This document shows positions 42,401-50,275 of a stretch of DNA of 64,000 bases, piece after piece. Position numbers and translations under genes: made by a program. Position 1 is the stretch's first letter, and the number at the start of each line of letters is the position of its first letter. The notes beneath the pieces were generated by a model. The model did not search any database. It was given only the letters and a program-made list of their open reading frames with translations, and was not told the origin of the DNA. The stretch comes from Spirochaetota bacterium. GTDB lineage: Bacteria > Spirochaetota > UBA4802 > JAFGDQ01. Location: assembly GCA_043803405.1 (NCBI GenBank), contig JAZDKB010000029.1:8106-72105 (forward strand), read 5' to 3'.

Positions 42401-43251
42401 GCAGCAATCTCCCCCTGTTTGTGCCCGCTAATAAGCTGTCCCCCGATTATCCCGTGTCCAAAAAAAACATCCCATAACGAATACACCGGAACCGGGCTAT
42501 GCCTGGAAACCCATTTTGTCGTTTCCCTGAACAGCATCTGTCTGCCGGTATCTTCCGCAATTAATCCGTTCAGGAATACGACGCTTTTATCATTGAGCGA
42601 TTTCAATCTCGATGCCAGCTCGGTTTTTGAAAGATCATCCCAGAAGATTACCCGCAAATCCGGAGGAAGGCCGTGCAGAGAAGATTTGAAAGTATCTTTA
42701 TTGAGTTTATCTGCAGCTACTAAAGTACGTCCGATAACAATAATATCTTTTATTTTAGGATTGAATTTATATGCAATATTTACGGTTTCAATAACGGATT
42801 CTTTTTCAATTACGCCGGATATGCCATGGCGGTTTGCGATAATACTTTCGTGAAAGTTGTTTATACCGCAGAATACAACAGGAACATCCGGGAAAAGGCC
42901 GCCTCTGTTGTTTAATATAAAAGTGAGCGCATCATTATCGGCAATAATAACAAGGTCGGGATTTACGTTTTGCAGTTTAAAAAGCAGAAAGCTTTCGATT
43001 CTCTTCCTGCTGTCGGGATCAACAAAGCGCCTTGCATCAAGGTATTCCGCACTCAACCGGATATCATTCCCGCTTTGGCCGAATATTGTTTTAATCCCCT
43101 CGGTTATGGAATCGGTCCAGCTTAAACCGGAATTATAAGAATGAATAATAATAACCTTAAATGATTTTTGAGGTATTGCCTGCAAAGGCAGAGTTAATGA
43201 AAGCAGCAGAAAACCTGCCAGTATTATCTCAGGTAATTGATGGCGTTTCAA
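39421..43251 (-). CDS. Hybrid sensor histidine kinase: substrate-binding-like periplasmic domain, multiple PAS domains, HisKA, HATPase, REC
   Basis: IHSY, repeated DIT/DIS PAC ends, [47 protein letters not shown]. Confidence 0.93.
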   Translation of the reverse strand: MKRHQLPEIILAGFLLLSLTLPLQAIPQKSFKVIIIHSYNSGLSWTDSITEGIKTIFGQSGNDIRLSAEYLDARRFVDPDSRKRIESFLLFKLQNVNPDLVIIADNDALTFILNNRGGLFPDVPVVFCGINNFHESIIANRHGISGVIEKESVIETVNIAYKFNPKIKDIIVIGRTLVAADKLNKDTFKSSLHGLPPDLRVIFWDDLSKTELASRLKSLNDKSVVFLNGLIAEDTGRQMLFRETTKWVSRHSPVPVYSLWDVFFGHGIIGGQLISGHKQGEIAAELALRILRGENAGAIPIVNAKDANRYMFDYAQLKRFGISLDKLPDNSIVINRPDSFYQRHTYFVWSAGIIAVCLTGFTLFLSISIIRRRKAERTLRMVRHVIENSPAVLFLWKVEEGWPVKYVSDNVSQFGYTAEDFTSGKIKYSSIIHPDDLQRVATEIREYTRAGRDEFKQEYRIITKDGNILWVDDRTGVERGSDGRIIHYQGIIIDITERKRTEEALREKTIELDYYFTSSLDLLCIADTDGHFHRLNPEWEKTLGYSITELKGRKFLEFVHEDDVEKTKAVISQLESQKQVLNFENRYRCKDGSYRWIEWRSFPSGKMIYAVARDITGRKRIENALRESEEKYRTLIENMQDCVYRSDLKGSITFASQSVARLLGCPSAEWMIGKNISQNFYYHPDERGELLKKLQTNGKVTNYEVTLKRVDNGQPVIISTSSHYYYDKDGNIMGVEGVFNDISQRKQAEDALLESKQRMSEIFNFLPDATFVVDKDKKIIAWNRALEELTGSKPEDMLGKGNYEYAIPFYGLRRPILIDLAFESDEEIEKKYYYVKRERDFLTAEAKVTLNGEPRNLWGMIARLYDSKGNISGAIETIRDITEQKIAEREQAELKEQLFQSQKMETVGLLAGGVAHDFNNLLTPILGYSEMMLHDLSENDPARSKLEQIHKAADLAKNLTRRLLVFSRKQVLELKVVNMGDIIHEFELILNRTIRENIEIKIIIPQQIGFVNADTGQIEQALLNLAVNAQDAMPDGGVLTIEATNTDLDESYTYSHPEVLPGHYVTMTVSDNGFGMDKEILRHIFEPFFTTKELGRGTGLGLSTVYGIVKQHGGSISVYSEKNEGSTFIIYLPRVNEKWDIAQDKVQIQEQIERGSETILLVEDNDTVRALTCKMLEDLGYKVLPARDADNCMEIIGQYTGSIDLLLTDVIMPKKDGKALYETLKHDSPELKVVFMSGYTGKVIGQHGILDEDINFIQKPFTLSALSQKVRTALKG

Positions 43252-43523
43252 TGTAGGATACCTTTAATAATTTCACAAAGGCTGAAAATATTTTTTTAAT
43301 TATAACATATTAATATAATAAGTCACTAAATATATTAAAAGATAATGGAATGATTATTTCTGGAATATATTCTGATAATACAAAGTCGGCATAAAAAATT
43401 ATAATTATTATAATAAAATAATGGAAAACTATATATTTGATTTTTATACTGGATACAAATTTGATTTTTTGTTTTTTAGGATAGCCTCATTAAATATTAA
43501 ATAATTTTTAAAAGATAGTTAAC

Positions 43524-43859
43524 ATGAAAACAATAGATGAATTCGGTAAAGATCCGACAGTACAAAGAACACGAACTCTTTTTTCGCTTATGGAGAGGAT
43601 GGATAAAGCTCTTCAGGAAGGCTTAAAATTATCAGCTTTTGACGCAAGACTTGGAACAATAAGGAGCATCAGGCAGCAGCTCTATGAGAGATGCTTTACC
43701 CGCGCTCTCCGCAAAGGCATTTATATGGACGAAGAAAAAGCTCTTGAGCTTTTCAGCCATTGCCAAAAGACGGCGGCTGCCCGATGCGGTTTCGCCTATC
43801 CTTATGAGGTTTCGGACGATCCGGAAATATTAATACTGATGAAGGAGGAAATCTCGTGA
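43524..43859 (+). CDS. Hypothetical protein
   Basis: 111-aa ORF overlapping the next gene by 4 bp. Confidence 0.65.
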   Translation: MKTIDEFGKDPTVQRTRTLFSLMERMDKALQEGLKLSAFDARLGTIRSIRQQLYERCFTRALRKGIYMDEEKALELFSHCQKTAAARCGFAYPYEVSDDPEILILMKEEIS

Positions 43860-44191
43860 TTAAACTGCGGCTATTCGGACGATGCAGGATTTACCACGAT
43901 CCGGTAAGCCCTGTTTTAAAAGAACCCGCACAGATCGGCTGGACAGCGTGGTTCAGGGACATAGAACTTGTGACGCCGAGACGCTTTAAAGGTAAAGAAC
44001 TCCTCATGCGCACAAAAGGCTGGTGGACTGTTGATCCTGCGGGGATTGCCCCGGTTGTTGAAAAACACGGCGCCCTTGTTGTAGGGGAAAAAGGCGAATT
44101 AATGGTAGAGTTCGGAAGTGAAGAAGCAGTGCAGGCCCTTGCCAAAGATCTTGCGGACAACTTCGGTGAACAGGTTCTGCTTGCGCCATAA
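43856..44191 (+). CDS. Hypothetical protein, C-x3-HDPV family, paralog A
   Basis: RBS aggagg before GTG; aligns to 46108-46464 without gaps. Confidence 0.8.
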   Translation: MIKLRLFGRCRIYHDPVSPVLKEPAQIGWTAWFRDIELVTPRRFKGKELLMRTKGWWTVDPAGIAPVVEKHGALVVGEKGELMVEFGSEEAVQALAKDLADNFGEQVLLAP

Positions 44192-44231
44192 GACGAATGC
44201 TTTTTACAAAAAGAAGTTAAAAATTAATCTG

Positions 44232-44579
44232 TTATTTCTCCCATGCCGGTGAAGCTACCACTAAAACAACAAGTTCTTCTTCGCCTGTATTAGCAAGGCT
44301 GTGGGGTAAGCCTGTAGGCAGCCATGTTGCATCTCCCGGCCCCACTTGCTTTTCTTCGTCGCCTACGCGCATTAGTCCTTTGCCGAACAGAACGAAATAT
44401 ATTTCTTCCATTGGGTCAACATGGCTCTCTATTATCTTGCCGGGATCAAGTCTCGCGATTGCAAGAAAACCGATCTCCTGCAGCACTCGCCGGTCAAGTA
44501 TCATTTGAGCAATGGCGCCCCCGTGCGCTAAATAAGTTGTTTCCAGCACTTCTTTATCGTTTACATTTCTAACTATCAT
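44232..44579 (-). CDS. Cupin-domain protein
   Basis: HVDPMEEIYFVL.G and GD...P.G.PH cupin motifs. Confidence 0.88.
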   Translation of the reverse strand: MIVRNVNDKEVLETTYLAHGGAIAQMILDRRVLQEIGFLAIARLDPGKIIESHVDPMEEIYFVLFGKGLMRVGDEEKQVGPGDATWLPTGLPHSLANTGEEELVVLVVASPAWEK

Positions 44580-44896
44580 ACGAAAACTTCTCCTTTGTTA
44601 TCTATTAATCTAGTAAAATAAAATACTCCGCCCGCCTGGTTGGCGTATCTGTTTGCGGTATAATTTATTATTGTAACTAAATTTATATTTGAAGGATATT
44701 GTAAAGACTTTCTTTTAATTGACTAAAAATCCTTGCTTTTTTTAATAAGATATAGCTTTTAGAAGAAAGGCACTGGCGAAGCACTAGTAAACCGTCACAT
44801 TAAATCCTACTACTCATAATTTAGAATGTGAAGGCGTACTAGCCTTTAATAAAAATAACACTATATATCATTATTAGTATTCAGCAGGTAAATTTT

Positions 44897-46093
44897 ATGG
44901 AACAGGTATTAACACCCGCAAAGGAAATCGAAAGCAGAGTAGCTGCAGTGCAGAAACTGCTTCAGGCATCCGACATGGAAGCTTTGTTTATAGTTCAGCG
45001 AATGGACTTGTTTTATTTTTCCGGCACAGCGCAGAACGGTTATCTTTATATCCCTGCCCAGGGAGAGCCTCTTTTAATGATAAAAAAATATTTCCCCAGA
45101 GCAAAAGAGGAGACCTCAATTAAACATATTGTACAAATAGATTCTGTTTCAGACATAAAGGCCAGGATTGTGGATTTTTACGGCCGCCTGCCGAACGTTA
45201 TCGGGTTTGAGTTTGACGTAATGCCTGTAAGCGATTTTTATTTTTTTCAGAAAGTATTAGACATAGCAAATTGCAGGGACGGATCGCCGCTTATTCATGC
45301 TGTGCGCGCGATCAAATCCGCATGGGAAATAAAACAAATTGAAACAGTCACAGAGCTGACTTATAAAACATTTAAATTTATAAATAAAGAACTCAGGCCT
45401 GGCCTTAGTGAAATGGAATTCGCAGGAATGTACGAAACATTTGAAAGGAGACATGGCCATCAGGGAAGGCTGCGCGCAAGGAATTATCTTTCCGAACTGT
45501 ATAACTGGCATTTGCTGAGCGGAGAAAGCGGCAGCATGCCGGGCCTGCTCGACTCTCCAGCAAGCGGCCAGGGCACCTCTCCTTCATTTCCAGTAGGCGC
45601 AGGAAGAAAGAAGCTGAAAAAGAACGAACCAATAATGATAGATATAGGTTTTGCTTTAAACGGCTACCATGTCGACGAGACGCGCATGTTTGCGATGGGG
45701 AAAATGCCGGAGAAAGCACTGAAGACATGTGAAGCATCCATTGAGATACATAATTCCATAATAGAAATGGCAGGTCCAGGTGTCCCAATCGGTGAAGTTT
45801 ACAAGTATGCAGTGGAAAAAGCAGAGGCGCTCGGATACAAAGATCAGTTCCTTGGAACTGAAGGGTATAAGGTTACATTTGTCGGCCACGGCATAGGCAT
45901 TGAGCTTGTTGAACCGCCCATACTGGCACGGAACAGAAAAGAAGAACTGCAGCCCGGAATGGTTTTTGCACTGGAACCGAAATTCGTTTTCGAGAACGAA
46001 TTCATTGCAGGCGTGGAAAGCGTGTTTACTGTAACAGAGACCGGAGCAAGGCTGCTTAGTAAAGTGCCTGTTAAAGTCTTTGTGAAAAAATAA
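44897..46093 (+). CDS. M24 (Xaa-Pro peptidase/creatinase fold) metallohydrolase
   Basis: RAIKS..EI, IDIG...GYHVDETR, GHGIG, ALEPK, GVE. Confidence 0.88.
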   Translation: MEQVLTPAKEIESRVAAVQKLLQASDMEALFIVQRMDLFYFSGTAQNGYLYIPAQGEPLLMIKKYFPRAKEETSIKHIVQIDSVSDIKARIVDFYGRLPNVIGFEFDVMPVSDFYFFQKVLDIANCRDGSPLIHAVRAIKSAWEIKQIETVTELTYKTFKFINKELRPGLSEMEFAGMYETFERRHGHQGRLRARNYLSELYNWHLLSGESGSMPGLLDSPASGQGTSPSFPVGAGRKKLKKNEPIMIDIGFALNGYHVDETRMFAMGKMPEKALKTCEASIEIHNSIIEMAGPGVPIGEVYKYAVEKAEALGYKDQFLGTEGYKVTFVGHGIGIELVEPPILARNRKEELQPGMVFALEPKFVFENEFIAGVESVFTVTETGARLLSKVPVKVFVKK

Positions 46094-46107
46094 GATTGCG
46101 GGCTTAT

Positions 46108-46464
46108 CTATTCCAGAACTTTTTTCTTGATGTGCTCAACCCAGACTTCTTCCCCGAATGCTTTCTTTAGTTCATCGGAAAGCGCCTGTAATGATTTCAT
46201 ATCATTTGTTTCAACAATTAAATGATAATCGTCCAGGGTTTTCAGCGTACCATATTTGTTTACAATATCGGAAACCTTGTGCACGTCCGCAGTGAACCAG
46301 CCTTTCATTTTGTGCAACATGTCTTCGCCTTTTAGAGGCCGTTCAATAATAAGGTCAACCTTGCGGTTTTTAGCTTCCCATCCTAGCGCTGCCTGCCTTC
46401 TTAAAACCGGGCGTACGGGATCGTGCATTGCCGCGCATTTAAACCATAACATGCCTCTTTCCAT
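46108..46464 (-). CDS. Hypothetical protein, C-x3-HDPV family, paralog B
   Basis: RBS gagg; aligns to 43856-44191 without gaps. Confidence 0.8.
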   Translation of the reverse strand: MERGMLWFKCAAMHDPVRPVLRRQAALGWEAKNRKVDLIIERPLKGEDMLHKMKGWFTADVHKVSDIVNKYGTLKTLDDYHLIVETNDMKSLQALSDELKKAFGEEVWVEHIKKKVLE

Positions 46465-46493
46465 AATTCCTCATTACTTAGACATAACAATAA

Positions 46494-46556
46494 AGCCGCT
46501 AAGACACAAAGGTTGTCCGGTCAGTTCCATTACCGGAAGCCCTGTGCCTTAGCGGC
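46494..46556. repeat. Stem-loop with inner tccgg/ccgga stem
   Basis: agccgctaagacaca pairs with tgtgccttagcggct. Confidence 0.8.
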
Positions 46557-46571
46557 TGTTTTATATATTAA

Positions 46572-46635
46572 GAGTGCGTCCCAAAATTTATAATTCGCAA
46601 TAATCAAAGCTGCGTATAATTTTTGGGACGCACTC
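46572..46635. mobile_element. 64-bp MITE-like element with perfect 15-bp terminal inverted repeats, flanked by TAA direct repeats
   Basis: gagtgcgtcccaaaa ... ttttgggacgcactc; taa at 46569 and 46636. Confidence 0.6.
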
Positions 46636-46896
46636 TAACAATAACAGATCGCAGTTACCACATTATTTTTACAGCAAATTTGTGTCAAGTTTTAATATCG
46701 AAAATTTTTTGATATTATTGAAAATTACCCTGTATGTATTTTTATGCGATTTAGTAAAAGTCTTAATGCTACTCCTGAAATATCCTCCTGATTATTTTTT
46801 TCTATTTAAATAAATTTGCAACAGGTAATAAATACTGGACATTTAATGTATTTTTCAATAAATTGAAAATTCAGAATAACAACCGGAGAACAAATC

Positions 46897-47550
46897 ATGG
46901 ATATATTTACTGCAATGAGTGAAAGAAAAAGCGCGCGCGCGTATATTGATAAGCCTGTCCCGCGTAAAGATATAGAAGAAATAATAAAATACGCTGGTAT
47001 GGCCCCGTCCGCTATAAATGTACAGCCATGGGAATATATCGTTACTTATGGCGAGGAAAAAGAAAGGCTCTCGCGGCGTCTGCAAAAAATACAGGAAGAA
47101 CAAAGCGTTCCATGCGGGCCCGGCACATCGAGGCCTTTGCCGGATAAGTTTTTAGTTCGGAGCAGGGGCGCCTCCAAAGTAATGATGCCGGCAATCGCGA
47201 AGACGAATATTCCGTTTAACAGGTTTGTTGAGCAGGGAAGCTGCTCTTTTTACGGTGCTCCTGTAGCAATTATAGCAGCAATAGATAAAGTATTCCCGCA
47301 ATTGCGCCATCTGGATATAGGGTTAAGTATTTCGTATCTGCTCCTGGCAGCGCAGGCAAAAGGGCTTTCAACATGCCCCATAGGTCTCATTACAGCTTAC
47401 TCCGAAGAAATTAAGGACATGCTGAATATCTCAAAAGAAAAGGATATCCTGCTGGGGATTGCGCTGGGCTATGCGGACGAAAAGGCAGATGTAAACAATT
47501 TTAAAACAAGCAGGGCGGATTTGCCGGAGATCCTTTCATGGTATGAATAA
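46897..47550 (+). CDS. Nitroreductase-family protein
   Basis: RKSARAY, APSAINVQPW, FYGAP, GLSTCPIG, IALGY. Confidence 0.92.
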   Translation: MDIFTAMSERKSARAYIDKPVPRKDIEEIIKYAGMAPSAINVQPWEYIVTYGEEKERLSRRLQKIQEEQSVPCGPGTSRPLPDKFLVRSRGASKVMMPAIAKTNIPFNRFVEQGSCSFYGAPVAIIAAIDKVFPQLRHLDIGLSISYLLLAAQAKGLSTCPIGLITAYSEEIKDMLNISKEKDILLGIALGYADEKADVNNFKTSRADLPEILSWYE

Positions 47551-47607
47551 GGCTATGTACAATTGTACAATTTCAAATGCGGAAGTGCAGCAGTAAGAAT
47601 TATTAAT

Positions 47608-47641
47608 AAAAAAAGGCAGAATTTTTGATTCTGCCTTTTTT
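47608..47641. terminator. Bidirectional rho-independent terminator
   Basis: A-tract, ggcagaat/attctgcc stem, T-tract between convergent genes. Confidence 0.85.
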
Positions 47642-47662
47642 GCAATAAATAGTATGTTATAA

Positions 47663-48805
47663 CTATTTCTTTGGTTTGCCCATAACTTCCGCAAACATAT
47701 CTTCAGTCCACATTCTTGAATTTGCAACATTCTGACGGAATTTAATGAAGTCAATGGTGTCTTTGCCAGTGATCTTCTTTGTGTTGAATGCGCCAAATCC
47801 GAGGAATGCTTCACCTGACATATTGGCAGCAAGCCAATGTCTGTGTTCGTTCTTTGTTGTATCCCAGAAGAATTTCTTTTTCTGTCTTATACCGTCGATT
47901 GATTTAATCAAACAGCCCGGGAACAGGTTAGCGAATGTCCAGAGGACTTTGTCTACTTCTTGATCGAGAAGCGTAAAGTCCGCATTTTTCTGATTTTCTT
48001 TTATAAATGCTCTTCCTTTGTCAAGTTCTTCGCCTGTTTTGTTTTCGCCGTAAACGATCTCACCGTCTTTTACGTATGTATCTGTAATAACGGTCGGGTT
48101 ACGCACCCATTTGCCGCTGGCGTCTTTTAATACAGGAACAACTTTGCTGATCATGTTCTTTGCTTTCATTTTGTAAGCTGACCACATTTCGCATGATACG
48201 CAGTTCCACATTGCATCTTCCATGCCGAGGAACCATGGTAAAAAGTCAGATGATCCGCCTGCCGGTGCAGAACCGTGTCTTGGACCAGCCTGTCCGTAAA
48301 TTGCAAGGTCGGAGGAAATTGCTAAGTCGCAAGCAAGTCCTAATTCCTGGCCGCCGGCAACTCTCATTCCGTTAACTCTGCAAAGTACAGGTTTTTTGCA
48401 AGCTATAATTGCATCAACCATGTGATTGAAAAGTTCCATGTACTGGCCGTATTCGTCCGGTCTTGAGCTGTAATATTCGCTGTATTCTTTTGTGTTTCCA
48501 CCTGTGCAGAATGCAAACGGGCCTGTGCCTGTAAATACAACTGCTATAACGCTTCTGTCCAGTGAAGAATTTTCAAAAGCAGCAATAACTCCCTTTGCCA
48601 TTTCTGTAGTGTAAGAGTTGAATTGATCCGGATTGTTTAACCGGACGTATGCTACAAAAAGTCCGTCTACTACATTCCCTTTCGGGTCTTTTAATGGCCG
48701 TTTTTCATATACTGTACACGGCGCTGTTGTCCCCCAATTTTTCTCGGTATGCAGCAAATGATTTTTTTGTGAACTTTCCCTAGGCATCCAATCTAATGCA
48801 CCCAT
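47663..48805 (-). CDS. oah: 6-oxocyclohex-1-ene-1-carbonyl-CoA hydrolase (BamA)
   Basis: Crotonase fold with NSYTT, FCTGGNTKEY, RVNGMRVAGGQE, GQAGPRHGSAP, WLAANM..EA, IDFIKFRQ; strong RBS. Confidence 0.92.
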   Translation of the reverse strand: MGALDWMPRESSQKNHLLHTEKNWGTTAPCTVYEKRPLKDPKGNVVDGLFVAYVRLNNPDQFNSYTTEMAKGVIAAFENSSLDRSVIAVVFTGTGPFAFCTGGNTKEYSEYYSSRPDEYGQYMELFNHMVDAIIACKKPVLCRVNGMRVAGGQELGLACDLAISSDLAIYGQAGPRHGSAPAGGSSDFLPWFLGMEDAMWNCVSCEMWSAYKMKAKNMISKVVPVLKDASGKWVRNPTVITDTYVKDGEIVYGENKTGEELDKGRAFIKENQKNADFTLLDQEVDKVLWTFANLFPGCLIKSIDGIRQKKKFFWDTTKNEHRHWLAANMSGEAFLGFGAFNTKKITGKDTIDFIKFRQNVANSRMWTEDMFAEVMGKPKK

Positions 48806-49263
48806 AACTTTTCCTCCTTTAACATTATTTTAATATTTTTTAAATTTATAATAATAAGGCCAATACATCTGGAGTAAAGATAAAAATCAACCAAAAAATC
48901 ACTAAAACAAGCCTCCTTTTGTTTTTTTTGGATACATCGGATATGGAAAATACGAACTTGATTTCCAGCCGGCATAAAAAAACCGGCAGTAAAATCAGGG
49001 GATATGAGACATAAAGCAGTTAAAATTGCCCGGATGCGGGGAGGGCTATCTCATACTAAAAATATACCGATTTGTTTATGATAATTGCAAAAATCATAAC
49101 CCCTTTATTTAAAAGGGGGTGGATCGTGAAGCGATCCGGGGGATTTTTCAGATGAAATAACAAATTAATACAGCAATAATTAACGTGAGGCAGCCTTTCG
49201 GATGCGGGTGGTCGTCCGGGATGAATGGTTATAGATTTATGTGCAAGCACTCAAATCGATAAC

Positions 49264-49297
49264 GCCTTGAAACAAAGCACCGGGGGCTTGCCCCGGT
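49264..49297 (-). repeat. REP/IS200-end-like repeat, copy 1 (possibly acting as terminator)
   Basis: Reverse complement of gggcaagcccccggtgcttt and tgtttcaaggc, both also present at 59483-59550. Confidence 0.75.
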
Positions 49298-49302
49298 TAA
49301 TT

Positions 49303-50004
49303 TTATTCGTCCCTGCTGCCGCCCAAAAATCCGGCGCGTATCAGAAAATAAATTAGAGTCATTATGGATGAAGCTGCTGCTGCAACATAAGTCATTGCTG
49401 CGGCCGAAAGGACGCTGTTTACGCCTGCGAGCTCGTTTGCGCTTACAATGCCCTGCGCCTGCAGTATCTCCTTTGCTTTTGCCGAAGCGTTAAATTCAAC
49501 AGGCAGCGTTATAAGCTGAAACACTACAACAATGCTGAATAGCACAATACCGAGTTTAATAAGCCCGAACATTCCGAACACGAATCCTACCATGATGATA
49601 ATCCACGACAGGTTGGACCCGATCGAAGCAGTGGGCGCAATTGCGTTACGCAGCATAAGCGGCCTGTAAGCATTTGCGTGCTGAATTGCATGGCCTGTTT
49701 CGTGGGCCGCAACCCCGACAGAAGCTATGGAGTTGCTGTTGAATACTTCCGGTGAAAGCCTTACGACTTTCTTTATAGGATCATAGTGATCCGATAAAAA
49801 TCCGTGTGTTTCCACAACATCAATATGGCCAAGGCCTTTCGAATGAAGAATACGGCGCGCGACTTCCGCTCCGGTAAGGCCTCTGCTTATTTTATATTTT
49901 GAGAATTTATTGAATGTGCTTTTTACTTTAAAAGATGCGTACAGTGAAAGGAGTAATACCGGCAGCATCATCATCCAGTATAACGGGTCAATTCCTAAAA
50001 ACAT
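49303..50004 (-). CDS. YugP-like neutral zinc metallopeptidase
   Basis: LSDHYDP, AAHETGHAIQH, TLPVEFNAS, AAAMTYVAA. Confidence 0.92.
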   Translation of the reverse strand: MFLGIDPLYWMMMLPVLLLSLYASFKVKSTFNKFSKYKISRGLTGAEVARRILHSKGLGHIDVVETHGFLSDHYDPIKKVVRLSPEVFNSNSIASVGVAAHETGHAIQHANAYRPLMLRNAIAPTASIGSNLSWIIIMVGFVFGMFGLIKLGIVLFSIVVVFQLITLPVEFNASAKAKEILQAQGIVSANELAGVNSVLSAAAMTYVAAAASSIMTLIYFLIRAGFLGGSRDE

Positions 50005-50275
50005 TTGTTGCCTCCAAACATGTATTAATTGCTATTTATATTATAAAAATATGTAAAAAAAAGTGCAATATGTCAAGTTTTTTTGATATTCTATAAGGGG
50101 GATATGCTTATATATCTAAGAGGGAAAGTCGCACAAAGCATTAAAGATGCTTTATTCGATGATTTTTATTATTTAGATTTGACAATCCCGGTAAATATCA
50201 TTAGTCTAATTATATTAAATAGTAGAAATGCAAATAAGCAGTTATTTTAAATTGTTGGAGAGTCGTTAAAACATT

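Noticed and set aside
39599..43138. Short plus-strand ORFs antisense to the kinase, and similar shadow ORFs across the window
   Set aside because: They lie within well-supported genes on the opposite strand and have no recognisable motifs
46515..46540. Fluoride riboswitch-like ggtaatggaactgacc on the minus strand
   Set aside because: There is no downstream gctratga pseudoknot partner; a simple hairpin explains it
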